64,000 nt of DNA from Phycisphaerae bacterium (GCA_028279405.1 JANQNU010000026.1:10985-74984); one strand, 5' to 3'. Shown: positions 35,112-44,515, counted from the stretch's first letter. Translations and numbers: made by a program. The notes: a model not told the origin generated them from the sequence alone.

Positions 35112-36068
35112 ATGCGAACAGTCACGAAATCGAGGTTGTCGTGGGCCCTCGTCGCTATCGTCGGCATGCCCTGGTTCGCCTCGGCGGGTGAGAAGGACAA
35201 AGATCGCCACGTCGGAATCGAGGAACCGTTTCTGTGGACGATCGAAGGTCCGCGGACCCAGTCGTTCATCTTTGGCACGATTCATTTTCCGGATCAGCGA
35301 CTGATCCGGTTCCCGATGGTGCTCGACCGGGCGCTGACCGTGTCGGACGCGATCTATACCGAGGTGCCGATGGACTTCGGCACGTTGGCGCAAGTCTCGG
35401 TCCGTGGATTGCGACAAGACGGTCGCAGCTTTAAGGACGTGGCGCCTCCCGCGTTGCACGCGCGCTGTGCGAAGTATCTGGAGCGCAAAGGGCTGCAACT
35501 CGAAGCGCTGGGTCAGTTCAAGACGTGGGTCATCATGTCGCAGATCGCGACGGCGGAGTTCGCGCAACAGGCCGCAACGCAGCCGGTGCTGGATTCCGCG
35601 ATCTACAATCGCGGCGTCAAGGACGGCAAGATCGTCGGTGGGCTGGAGACCATCGACGAGCAGATTTCCATCTTGGAGTCGTTCAACGAACAGCAACAGC
35701 TGGAGATGCTCGCAGACGGCCTCGAACAACTCGAGGCCGCCGAGAAGAAGGGCGAGCGTCCGCTGCCGATCCAGTTGTTGGAGGCTTACCTGGAAGGCGA
35801 CGACGACGACCTCGAGGAGTTTCTGCTGCGTTTCATGGACCTGGAGAAGCCGTTGCAGAAGGAGTTCTACGACAAGGTCCTGCTAAAGCGCAATCGGATC
35901 ATGGCCGAGCGAATCGAGAAGATGATTCGGACGCACCCGGACCGACGCCACTTCTTCGCGATCGGCGCCGGCCACGCCGTCGGCAAACAGAGCGTCATCG
36001 AATTGCTCGACGATCGCGGCTACAAACTCAAGCGGCTCGATCTCGATGAGTCGGACAAGATTCGTTAA
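35112..36068 (+). CDS. TraB/GumN-family protein, secreted
   Basis: ATG at 35112 with AGGAGA upstream. Signal peptide MRTVTKSRLSWALVAIVGMPWFASAGE. FLWTIEGPRTQSFIFGTIHFPD near the N-terminus and FFAIGAGHAVGKQSVIELLDDRGYKLKRL near the C-terminus. Confidence 0.8.
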   Translation: MRTVTKSRLSWALVAIVGMPWFASAGEKDKDRHVGIEEPFLWTIEGPRTQSFIFGTIHFPDQRLIRFPMVLDRALTVSDAIYTEVPMDFGTLAQVSVRGLRQDGRSFKDVAPPALHARCAKYLERKGLQLEALGQFKTWVIMSQIATAEFAQQAATQPVLDSAIYNRGVKDGKIVGGLETIDEQISILESFNEQQQLEMLADGLEQLEAAEKKGERPLPIQLLEAYLEGDDDDLEEFLLRFMDLEKPLQKEFYDKVLLKRNRIMAERIEKMIRTHPDRRHFFAIGAGHAVGKQSVIELLDDRGYKLKRLDLDESDKIR

Positions 36069-36114
36069 CGCAGCTTGGCTGCCGGAACGCCAGGGTCAGG
36101 GAGTCCACAAAGAC

Positions 36115-36819
36115 ATGACATCGTCCAAGAAGAAGGCGGAAGAAATCCACGAGGTCGTCTTCATTGCCTACCCCAAGCTGTTGTTCGTCTGGCCGCTGAT
36201 CGCAGCCGGCGTACTGTTCTGGTTCATCGCAGGGATGGGTGCCGACCACGAAGTACTCGGCTGGCTCTACCTGGGCATCCTGTCGGTCGTAACGCTGACG
36301 CTCGGCGTCGACATCAATCGCAACCAGGCCGTGTTCTGGGTGTTCGTCGTTGGTGCGATGTTCTTTCTCGGTCTCTGGCTGCGCGACGTGCAGAACTTCA
36401 CGTTGTTCGGCGACATCTACAAGGCGTTCGCCAATCTCGACGTGCAGTACGATCGCGCGTTCGGACTCACGTTCAGCATGATCCTGTTAGTCCCTTACTG
36501 TCTGATGCTGCTTTGGGCGCGATTGAACGATAAGTGGCGCATCACACACAACGAGTTCGAGCACTACTCGCTCGGAAAAATGGATGACTCGCTGGGGCGC
36601 GGCGCGAAGACGATCCGTACGAGTTACCCGGACGTGCTCGAGTTGCTGCTCGGCCTGGCCGGGACGCTTGTCGTCTACAACGCGACCGGGACCACCGAAC
36701 TTCGACGAATCCCGCACGTGATGTTCCTCCCGCTCGTTCGCAAACGACTCGACAAGGTGCTGGAACGTATGGCCATTACCACTGGGGCGCTCGCGGAAGA
36801 AGAGGAAGAGGACGTCTGA
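36115..36819 (+). CDS. hypothetical 4-TM membrane protein with a small C-terminal soluble domain and acidic tail
   Basis: ATG at 36115 with GGGAG upstream. Four hydrophobic helices, then WRITHNEFEHYSLGKMDD...TLVVYNATGTTELRRIPHV and the tail EEEEEDV. I recognised no family. Confidence 0.55.
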   Translation: MTSSKKKAEEIHEVVFIAYPKLLFVWPLIAAGVLFWFIAGMGADHEVLGWLYLGILSVVTLTLGVDINRNQAVFWVFVVGAMFFLGLWLRDVQNFTLFGDIYKAFANLDVQYDRAFGLTFSMILLVPYCLMLLWARLNDKWRITHNEFEHYSLGKMDDSLGRGAKTIRTSYPDVLELLLGLAGTLVVYNATGTTELRRIPHVMFLPLVRKRLDKVLERMAITTGALAEEEEEDV

Positions 36820-36830
36820 GGGCAACGGTC

Positions 36831-37349
36831 ATGGAGTGGGCGACAATCATCATCGGGTGCGCGCTGAGCCTGGTCGTGGTGGGTCTGGTGATGTTCGCGA
36901 TACGGCTGTTGATCATCTCGCCACGGTCCGGTCCGCAGAACACGCAAAGCGTCTGCGGTGGTTGCCAATACCCCGTCACGGGCCTGTCCAGCCTGACTTG
37001 TCCCGAGTGCGGCGGTGATTTGCGACGGGTTGGAATCCTCACGCCGACCCAGCAGCGCAACATCGGCGGGCGAGGCACGTTTCGCCGAGTCGCGGCGGTC
37101 GCTGTGCTCCTGTTGGCGGGAATGATCGGATTGAGCGTAATGTTCTCGTTCGTGCGCTACCAGCAAGCGGCGCGGGCGCGCCAGGCGGCGGCCAGGGCCC
37201 AAAGCCAGGCGGTGCTCGCGAGACTGCAAGCAGAGGTCGCGCGGCAACGCGCCAACGAATTGGCCACCGAGCGCGCGGCCAAATTCGCTGCCCCGCCCGC
37301 TACCCAACCCTGGCGAACGACGACACGGCCCGCATCCCAGCCGCGTTGA
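36831..37349 (+). CDS. membrane zinc-ribbon protein, paralogue 1 (TM - CxxC..CPECG - TM)
   Basis: TM ATIIIGCALSLVVVGLVMFAI. CGGCQYPVTGLSSLTCPECGGDLRRVGILTPTQQR. Second TM VAAVAVLLLAGMIGLSVMF. Ala/Arg/Gln-rich tail. Confidence 0.6.
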   Translation: MEWATIIIGCALSLVVVGLVMFAIRLLIISPRSGPQNTQSVCGGCQYPVTGLSSLTCPECGGDLRRVGILTPTQQRNIGGRGTFRRVAAVAVLLLAGMIGLSVMFSFVRYQQAARARQAAARAQSQAVLARLQAEVARQRANELATERAAKFAAPPATQPWRTTTRPASQPR

Positions 37350-37372
37350 CACGGACGCCGAGCGATCGCTGA

Positions 37373-37813
37373 ATGATACCGCCGCTGATCTATTGGCTCC
37401 CCGCACTCGCAACCCTGGCAATCGGCATCTGGTTGCTGCGCGTACGAACGCCGCCGGTGCCTCCATCCGATCAGCCCGCTTGCGGTCATTGCGGCTACCC
37501 AACGACCGGCCTGGCGGGCAACGACTGCCCGGAATGCGGCCATGACCTGCACAGCGCCGGCGTCCTCACCCCGGAACAGCAGCGAAGCCGTGCGGTTCGC
37601 CGAACGAAACGACGTGCGACGGGCATCACATTGATCCTCGCAGCGCTGCTGCTGCTGGGTCCTGGCGGATTCGTCGCTTGGCAATTTGAACGCGCGTTCG
37701 AAGCCACATACGGCCCTTGGATCGCGCGACTCAACCAGCAATCGAGCGCACAACACCCCGTCGGCGGGGGCCCTTCGTCGCAGCCCGTGTCGCTCACGAC
37801 ACGGCCGCGTTGA
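37373..37813 (+). CDS. membrane zinc-ribbon protein, paralogue 2
   Basis: TM LIYWLPALATLAIGIWLL. CGHCGYPTTGLAGNDCPECGHDLHSAGVLTPEQQR. Second TM GITLILAALLLLGPGGFVAW. The core aligns residue for residue with the preceding gene. Confidence 0.6.
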   Translation: MIPPLIYWLPALATLAIGIWLLRVRTPPVPPSDQPACGHCGYPTTGLAGNDCPECGHDLHSAGVLTPEQQRSRAVRRTKRRATGITLILAALLLLGPGGFVAWQFERAFEATYGPWIARLNQQSSAQHPVGGGPSSQPVSLTTRPR

Positions 37814-37844
37814 TCCTCGGCACCCCGCGACGCCCGGCCGAGCG

Positions 37845-40199
37845 TTAGCGCTCGCTGTCGCCGGCGGGAGCGGTGGTTGTGGGATGCAGTTCCTGATGTT
37901 TTTGGAGGATGCTGCGCGCCACGTCGCGCACGATCGCGTCGGAGTCCGTGCGTGCCAGTTCTTCCAGGTGGGCGATGAAGGCCGATCCCTGGCGTTGCAG
38001 CACACGGATCGCCATAAGGCGCACAAGCCAGTGTTCGTGCTCGAGGCACTTCTCGGTGGCCGCGAACATCTGTTCATCGAGCCCGACCACTTGCAGGGCC
38101 TCCAGCGCATGAACGCGCAGCTCCCACGATCGGCTCTCGAGCGCAGCCCGCAGACGCTGCGCGAGTGGCTCGGCCGGTACCGTTTGCACCTCGTATGAGA
38201 GCCGGTCGAGCGCGGCGCGCTGCTGCTCACCCAATAGCTCCGCGATCTCCTCCAGGGCCCGCGCCCCGACACGGGGTGCGTCGCTGCCTGACGACGCGAG
38301 CAAGGCCCGCAGGTGCTGCGAGGTTACCTGCGTCGGCAGACGATTCATGTACGCGGGACGTATGGTCTGGCCGGTAGCACTGGGTTCCCAACCGTCATCG
38401 GAAGTCGGGACCGGGTCGAAGATGCCGTTGACCACCACGCGTAGCAGATGCTGCGGCATCGCGCGACTCAGCTGCCGTAGTGGGCCGACGTCAATGGTCG
38501 TCCGCAGGGTTCGCGTTTCGCCGGGAGGGATCGTGCGCGCCTGGTCGAGGTGCAGAATCAGCAGATTCGGGAACTGGCGCTTGCGATCCGCTTCGACCTC
38601 GACCGAGAGCACAAGGGTAGGGTTGACCAGCCGCTCGGGTCCGAGCGCGATCGGAAAGCGTCCCTTGTTCTTGAGCGAGATCGTCAGCCACCAGGGCTGT
38701 CCAGGCGACGGGCTGCGGTTCTCCGGGATCAGCTCCACCTCGAGGAACCGCGCCGGCGCTTCGTGGAAATTGAGACAGCTGCGTTCGAAGCTGTTGAGCA
38801 GCCCACGGATGCTTCGAATCTCCGCCGGGTCGCCTTCGGGCAGCGGCAGACCGGCCTGAAGGAAAAGGTCGTGAATCGGACCCGCGTTCGGCACTACTGT
38901 GAGTGCGTCGACGACCGCCGCCGAGCCGGGCTCGTCTCCTTCCCGGCGCAATAGTTGCGCCAGCAGGACAGCGGCTGCCGGGTCTCGAGCGGCGAGCGGA
39001 CGCAACGTCTCGATCGCTTCCGCGTACCTCGAGTTGACAGCGAGCGCCCAGCCCAGCACTCGTCGGGCGATCGGATCGTCCGGCGCCCGCGCTACCGCGT
39101 TCTGGGCCAGGCTCAGCGCACGCTGCGGTGCGGTGCGAACGGTGCAGTGATACCAAGCCGTCCACGCAACCTGTGCGACCGGCCACTCGTCCGGGTCGCG
39201 GACAGCAGCGGATTGTTTTTCGAGTTCGTCGAGCACACCCTCCGTGATGGTCAGCCGATGTTTGCGCGCGAGCCACTGCAGGAATACGCCAGCCTCGAGC
39301 CGTGCGGCAGGCGGACCCTCAAAGACGGCTGTTGCTTGCCGAACGGCCTCATCGACCCGGCCGCGGGCATATGCGTTGCGCGCCAGCGCCAGTTCGAAAC
39401 TGCCCGGCGGAGTCTCGCCGGGGTTCATTCGACGGTGCACCTCGAGCGCATGCTCCCAGAACATGGCCGCTTCCTGCGGCATACCGCTGTCGTGGATCAT
39501 CGAGCCCACCGTCCAGGCCGTCCCGACGTCGAGCGGGTTCGCCTCGAGCGCCTGCAACCCCGCTTGAATGCGAATCGGTACCGGAACGGTCTGGTCCAGG
39601 ATCTGGAAGCGCAGCCAGCGAGCATCGGGGTTGTACGGATCGGCGCCGAGCACGCGGTCCAGCGCAAGCCGGACGGCGGTTGGATCGACGCGCTGCACCG
39701 ACAGTTCGGCGAGCGCCAGGTGTGCAATCGCCGCTGACGGACCCGCGACGCCGGACTCGGCGAGATGTCGTGTGAGCCAATCGATTCGCTTCTCGGTCGT
39801 CTGTTGTTCCTGAAGCGCTGCGTTCAACCAGGCGGCGTAGGCCGTCGTGTTTCGGGAATCCGAACGGACGATCTGCTCGAGATGGTATCGCGCCTGCTCG
39901 CCGTCGTCGGAAAGCACGGCCAGTTCGTACAGCAGCACGTGCGCTTCGGTCTGTCGCGGATCGAGCCGGACGGCTGCTCGCAGGAGGCTCTGAATGTAGA
40001 GCACGTCCGCCGGCGACTGCCTGCCTGCGATCAGCAAGCCGCGGTCGCGCGCCAGATCGAGTAGCAGGCGCGGCGTTGAACGCCCCTCGGCCTCACCGTA
40101 TGCCGTCGGCAACACCCACAGGAACGTTACGATCGCGAGGCCCTGGCACGGACGACACCACAACACTCGAAATCCTCCCAGCCTGGGCGACGTGCGCAA
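37845..40199 (-). CDS. secreted TPR-like / HEAT-repeat protein
   Basis: 784-aa ORF with a signal-like N-terminus. Long helical-repeat region. C-terminal HEAT/PBS-lyase-like units (WELRVHALEALQVVG, HWLVRLMAIRVLQRQG, DAIVRDVARSIL). Confidence 0.65.
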   Translation of the reverse strand: MRTSPRLGGFRVLWCRPCQGLAIVTFLWVLPTAYGEAEGRSTPRLLLDLARDRGLLIAGRQSPADVLYIQSLLRAAVRLDPRQTEAHVLLYELAVLSDDGEQARYHLEQIVRSDSRNTTAYAAWLNAALQEQQTTEKRIDWLTRHLAESGVAGPSAAIAHLALAELSVQRVDPTAVRLALDRVLGADPYNPDARWLRFQILDQTVPVPIRIQAGLQALEANPLDVGTAWTVGSMIHDSGMPQEAAMFWEHALEVHRRMNPGETPPGSFELALARNAYARGRVDEAVRQATAVFEGPPAARLEAGVFLQWLARKHRLTITEGVLDELEKQSAAVRDPDEWPVAQVAWTAWYHCTVRTAPQRALSLAQNAVARAPDDPIARRVLGWALAVNSRYAEAIETLRPLAARDPAAAVLLAQLLRREGDEPGSAAVVDALTVVPNAGPIHDLFLQAGLPLPEGDPAEIRSIRGLLNSFERSCLNFHEAPARFLEVELIPENRSPSPGQPWWLTISLKNKGRFPIALGPERLVNPTLVLSVEVEADRKRQFPNLLILHLDQARTIPPGETRTLRTTIDVGPLRQLSRAMPQHLLRVVVNGIFDPVPTSDDGWEPSATGQTIRPAYMNRLPTQVTSQHLRALLASSGSDAPRVGARALEEIAELLGEQQRAALDRLSYEVQTVPAEPLAQRLRAALESRSWELRVHALEALQVVGLDEQMFAATEKCLEHEHWLVRLMAIRVLQRQGSAFIAHLEELARTDSDAIVRDVARSILQKHQELHPTTTAPAGDSER

Positions 40200-40223
40200 C
40201 GCCGCGGGGCGGCAACCACGTGC

Positions 40224-40547
40224 TTACGTTACGGCTTCCAGCACCGCCCGCATCGAACCCGCCGAACGCTCCAATCGCCAGTCTGCGCCGTAGTGCACGA
40301 TCTGTTCGCGCTTGAACTCGGCGCGCTCGAGCACGGTCGTCTCGACAATGACGCGCCCCGTCTCGTCGACCTCAACAGCCATCTGGTAGGCCAACTCCGC
40401 CGAGTGCGCGAAGAGGTCCATCAGCATTTCGATCACATAGTCGTAGGTGTGGTCATCATCGTCGAGGAGCACGACATTCCACATCGGTGCGTGCTTTGTC
40501 GTCGGCTTCACATCGGGCTGCAGCGTTGTGGAAGCCTGTTCGGACAT
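40224..40547 (-). CDS. clpS: ATP-dependent Clp protease adaptor ClpS
   Basis: MWNVVLLDDDDHTYDYVIEMLMDLFAHS...AYQMAVEVDETGRVIV is the classic ClpS core. I trimmed the start to the ATG at 40547 (MSEQAST); the track ORF extends to 40658. Confidence 0.85.
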   Translation of the reverse strand: MSEQASTTLQPDVKPTTKHAPMWNVVLLDDDDHTYDYVIEMLMDLFAHSAELAYQMAVEVDETGRVIVETTVLERAEFKREQIVHYGADWRLERSAGSMRAVLEAVT

Positions 40548-40721
40548 CGGACACCCGATGAAAACGGATCTGATTCTTCCGGCACACGATTCCCCATCGA
40601 CGGGCAATCCGCGGGGGGCATCGTTCGGCGCAGGACCGAACCCGGTTGAGCGTAGCATACCACGGTCTGTCCCGAATTTCCGCGCCGATATGGGTTGGCC
40701 CCAACGTGCCGTCGGCCGGTG

Positions 40722-41567
40722 TCAGATTTCCTCGATCACGCGCTCCGGTAGCCAGCCTGTTTTCCCGTCCCGCAATTCCACTTCGACCCAGCCGCCGCGA
40801 CGCTGCTGTACCTGAAGCTCGACGCCGGCGCCCAGCGGTGCGCTGAGCGCGGGGTCGTAAGCCTCGCCGCGACCGAGCCGCAGTGTCTGCCGGTCTTCGA
40901 TCACGACCGCGTCCGGAGTCCGGGCCTGCGTGCGAAGCTCCCAAAGAACGGACACGGTCAACGTGCTCCCGACGACAACCCCGATTAGGCCAACCGGCAC
41001 CAACGGGGCCGCGGAGAACCGAAGTCGAAGCGCCAGTGCTCCCCAGCCAACGGCCAGGCACACGAACGCCAGTCGGAGACGGGTTTGTGCCGCAAGTGTG
41101 TAGTGCAGGAACAATACCCGGCGCATGAGTTGGTTTGAGGCCGACGGCTCGATAAACGGCTCGACACGATTCCGCGCGTAGCGCAGATTCTCGGTCGCCA
41201 ACGGGTCTCCGGGGGCCAATAGAAGCGCGCGACGATAGTGCAGGATCGCGCGGCCGTGCTCGTTCAGACGGAAATAGGCGTTGGCAAGATTGTACTCGAG
41301 CGATGCATTGCACAAGCCGGCACGCAGCAGCGACTCGAACCCGCCGGCGGCTTGGCGGTAGGCTTCGCGCGACTGCGCTGGATTGCGGGCGGCGGATTGT
41401 ACGCCTTCATCAAACGCCTGCAGTGCATCTTCCAGCACGGCTTGCTGCTGCGCGCGCGACATCTCGGCCGCGCTGGCGTACAACCCTGGTGCCAGCATCA
41501 AAATAGCGACGCACGCCAATGCAGCGCTGGGGATGGCCCCTGGGGTGACCCTCGTTCGGCTTACCAT
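40722..41567 (-). CDS. BatE-like TPR plus SH3b membrane protein
   Basis: I trimmed the start to the ATG at 41567, 4 nt from the BatD stop. TPR unit EYNLANAYFRLNEHGRAILHYRRALLLAPGD. Two TM helices. C-terminal SH3b-like GAGVELQVQQRRGGWVEVELRDGKTGWLPERVI. Confidence 0.65.
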   Translation of the reverse strand: MVSRTRVTPGAIPSAALACVAILMLAPGLYASAAEMSRAQQQAVLEDALQAFDEGVQSAARNPAQSREAYRQAAGGFESLLRAGLCNASLEYNLANAYFRLNEHGRAILHYRRALLLAPGDPLATENLRYARNRVEPFIEPSASNQLMRRVLFLHYTLAAQTRLRLAFVCLAVGWGALALRLRFSAAPLVPVGLIGVVVGSTLTVSVLWELRTQARTPDAVVIEDRQTLRLGRGEAYDPALSAPLGAGVELQVQQRRGGWVEVELRDGKTGWLPERVIEEI

Positions 41568-43345
41568 CGGACGGCTTCCGTACGCTCGAGACAGCGGAGC
41601 GCCTCTTCGACGAGCTTGGACGGATCCTCGCTCCCGCCGGCAAAAGAGGCCTGGTTGCAACGCTGCAGGACCGTCTCCCACTCCGCCGCCAATGGCACGG
41701 AGGCGTCCTGTTCGCGCAAGTGACTGACGGCCCCGTCGCCGATGAACCGGCCGCTGGGCCGACCCGTACGGTCCGCGAGGTATGCCGCCATCGCCGCGGC
41801 GATCGTGGCTCCGGCCTCATTGGGAGGCTGGGAGGCTGCGGACTGGATCGCGGACTGCGCGGTCCGCAGGGCGCGCGCCCGGCGTCGGCCGGGGCTGGGG
41901 CCGCCCTTGCCAAGCGTCGACACCGCAACGAGGAACAGGTACAGAACCGGAGGAGCTGCCAGGGCAGCGATGGCTTGCGTATGCGAAACCGTCGTGGTTG
42001 TTCGCAGCAGGCGCGCCGGGTCGATCACGTTGCCGCGTAGCCCGTCGAGCGCGAGCAGTTGGGCGTCGTCGCCAACCGGCGTCGGAAACGCATCGAGCTG
42101 AGCCAGTTCGAGTTCCTCGGAATGCTGGATTTCGACTGGGATCGGTACCGATTCCGCAATTGCAAACTGCTCTTCGAACGGATCAAAATAGGGATACTTG
42201 ATCGGCGGGATCCGGCGCACGTCGGCGTCGATCGGCCGAATCACCTGCGTGTACGTCTTGCGACTCCCCTCAGCGGCCCCAGCCATGTCTTCACGCGGGA
42301 CCCGGAAGTGCGCCGTCAGGTCCGGATCGTCCGCCAGCAGTGGCGGCGGGAGTGATTCGATCGGACCGTCGCCGAAGATCTCGATGGTGAGCTCGATCGG
42401 GTCGCCGACATGGACGTCACGGGGAGTCGCGAGGGCCCGAATCTTGTAGCGACCCACGGCACCGGAGAAGTTTGCCGGCCGACCCTCCATCGGCACGGGC
42501 AACACATCGACGCCGTCGATCGTCGGCCGCACGACGAAGTGGCGGAAAGACCGGACGCGCACTTCGAAAAAGTCTTCCACCAGCTCGGTCGGATAGCGCA
42601 GGCCGACCTCGATATCGTCGAACGACAGGGGACCTGGTCGGTCGGCGATGTAATCCGTCTCCACCACAAAAATGTAATACTGTTCGGCACGGCCGTTCTT
42701 CCCCTTGATCGAGCGGCGCTCGAGACCGGGGCGTTCGTGCGGAAAGATCCCCAACTGGTTGCGCGTGACGAGCGACCACATGTCCTGCGGCGAAAGCGAA
42801 CGACGACGGTGTCGGGCGGCTTTCACCTGGATCCGGAGTTTCAACGGCACCTTCTGCCCGACGAAGATCCGTTTCATCGGCGAGACGATTTCCACCCGCA
42901 AGAGCGGCTCCTCGGACGGATCGGGTGGAAGCACCACCACCGTTTGCGACTTGGTGCGCAGAATGCGTCCGTCGACCTCCAATTCGATCGGGGGGATCGT
43001 ATAGCGTCCGGGCTGCTCGGCGACGAGCTGAAACGTATGCGTCCGCGATCGGAGCGTCTCTCGGCGACCGAGCAGGTTCGACGTTCGGCGGGATTCGGCG
43101 CGCTTTCCGCCGCGCACCGTGCAGCCGGGGATCTCGGGAAAGGTCGGTGTTGCCGCCGTCTTGAAGTTGTCGACACGCACCTGGACCGTCACCGCCTCGT
43201 TGACGAATGCCTCTTTCGGCGAAACCGTAACGCGCGCGGTCCCTTGGGCCGCCACGGTCGTGACCAGAAAGCTCAGCGTCAGGATGGTCAATGCTCGCGG
43301 TGCCACGGCGATCTTCCTTTCCAAACCAGAGACGGTCGTGATCAA
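41561..43345 (-). CDS. BatD-like (oxygen-tolerance family) membrane protein
   Basis: 594 aa. Signal peptide, then beta-rich repeats beginning VTVSPKEAFVNEAVTVQVRVDNFK. There is a TM helix near residue 470 and a helical tail, which is the BatD layout as I remember it. The start overlaps the gpsA stop by 4 nt. Confidence 0.65.
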   Translation of the reverse strand: MITTVSGLERKIAVAPRALTILTLSFLVTTVAAQGTARVTVSPKEAFVNEAVTVQVRVDNFKTAATPTFPEIPGCTVRGGKRAESRRTSNLLGRRETLRSRTHTFQLVAEQPGRYTIPPIELEVDGRILRTKSQTVVVLPPDPSEEPLLRVEIVSPMKRIFVGQKVPLKLRIQVKAARHRRRSLSPQDMWSLVTRNQLGIFPHERPGLERRSIKGKNGRAEQYYIFVVETDYIADRPGPLSFDDIEVGLRYPTELVEDFFEVRVRSFRHFVVRPTIDGVDVLPVPMEGRPANFSGAVGRYKIRALATPRDVHVGDPIELTIEIFGDGPIESLPPPLLADDPDLTAHFRVPREDMAGAAEGSRKTYTQVIRPIDADVRRIPPIKYPYFDPFEEQFAIAESVPIPVEIQHSEELELAQLDAFPTPVGDDAQLLALDGLRGNVIDPARLLRTTTTVSHTQAIAALAAPPVLYLFLVAVSTLGKGGPSPGRRRARALRTAQSAIQSAASQPPNEAGATIAAAMAAYLADRTGRPSGRFIGDGAVSHLREQDASVPLAAEWETVLQRCNQASFAGGSEDPSKLVEEALRCLERTEAVRW

Positions 43346-44343
43346 CTGCGGCGCTCGGGTTTTAACGGCCGTTGCATCAAATCCGAAATCGCGGCCAGCG
43401 GCGCGACATTATCGAACAGCACCGCACTCACCGCACGCGTGATGGGCATCTCGACTGCGTACTGTTCGGCCAACTCGAGGACGGCACGGGTCGTCGGAAT
43501 GCCCTCGATGACCGATCGACTCTCGTCAAGCACGGTTGCGAGCGCGTCGCCGCGGCCGATCCGCTCGCCGGCGGACCGGTTCCGACCCAGCTTCGAAACA
43601 CAGGTCGTCACCAGATCGCCGACGCCCGCCAGGCCCACGAAGGTTTCCGGCTGCGCACCCATCGCGACTCCAAGCCGGGTTATTTCAACCAATCCGCGCG
43701 TGACCAGGGCCGCTTTGGCATTGTCGCCGGCCCGCAGCCCGTCAAGGATTCCCGCCGCCAGCGCGACAACGTTCTTCACTGCGCCAGCGAGCTCGACGCC
43801 CACCAAATCGGAGTTGGTGTAGATGCGGAACCAGGAGGTGCTCAGCTCCTCCTGTACCAATTCCGCGGCGCGTTCGTCCGCGCTCGCGGCGACGACGGTT
43901 GCCGGCAAGTACCGGGCGAGTTCGCCGGCGATGCTCGGCCCCGACAGGACCACCACCGGACATGCTCCCGCAAACTCTTCCAGAATCTCACTTGGCCGTA
44001 GCAGGGTCGAGATCTCGATTCCCTTGGTGACGCTGCAGAGTGTCGCGTCCGGCGGCACGTTTTCGCCGACGCGCTCCCAAACGCCACGCAGGTGCTGGCA
44101 CGGGATGGCGCTGATCACCAGTTCGGTGTTGGCGAGCGCCGCGACAGGGTCGGCCGTCGGCCGAATGTTCTCGGAGAGCCGGACTCCTGGCAGGTAGCGT
44201 TGGTTTTCGCGGGCAACAAGCAACTCCTGGACGCGCTGCTCGCGGGTCGCGAAAAGCGCCACCTGCTTGCCATTCGCCGCCAGGATCTGCGCACAGACGG
44301 TCCCCATCGCTCCCGTGCCGATCACTGTGGCCTTGCTCACCAT
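43342..44343 (-). CDS. gpsA: NAD(P)H-dependent glycerol-3-phosphate dehydrogenase
   Basis: ATVIGTGAMGTVCAQILAANG (Rossmann GxGxxG), NQRYLPGV, SVTKGIE, NVVALAAGI, and the C-terminal MPITRAV. Confidence 0.9.
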   Translation of the reverse strand: MVSKATVIGTGAMGTVCAQILAANGKQVALFATREQRVQELLVARENQRYLPGVRLSENIRPTADPVAALANTELVISAIPCQHLRGVWERVGENVPPDATLCSVTKGIEISTLLRPSEILEEFAGACPVVVLSGPSIAGELARYLPATVVAASADERAAELVQEELSTSWFRIYTNSDLVGVELAGAVKNVVALAAGILDGLRAGDNAKAALVTRGLVEITRLGVAMGAQPETFVGLAGVGDLVTTCVSKLGRNRSAGERIGRGDALATVLDESRSVIEGIPTTRAVLELAEQYAVEMPITRAVSAVLFDNVAPLAAISDLMQRPLKPERRS

Positions 44344-44402
44344 GCGAAAAACTCCTGCACATCCCGATCCGGGAGGGATTGTAACCGCAATCGGGGAGCA
44401 AC

Positions 44403-44444
44403 GAGGCGCGAGCGAGAACGGCCGACAACGGCGGGCGAGACGCC
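44403..44444. repeat. fragment of the mosaic repeat family (locus 5)
   Basis: gaggcgcgagcgagaacggccgacaacggcgggcgagacgcc parallels 14546-14588 (gagccgcgagcgcgagcgagtggtcaatggcgggcgagacgcc) and 57020-57046. Confidence 0.55.
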
Positions 44445-44506
44445 TGTCGCACTCCCCGGCTGTGAGTTATTGGACGGTGGGACGATCGGATCTGGGCGTA
44501 TCAGTT

Positions 44507-44515
44507 TGGTATAAT
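44507..44515 (+). promoter_or_regulatory. extended -10 promoter element candidate (TGGTATAAT)
   Basis: TG-n-TATAAT at 44507-44515, 26 nt upstream of the ATG at 44541. There is no good -35 element. A perfect TATAAT is rare in this G/C-rich sequence. Confidence 0.35.
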
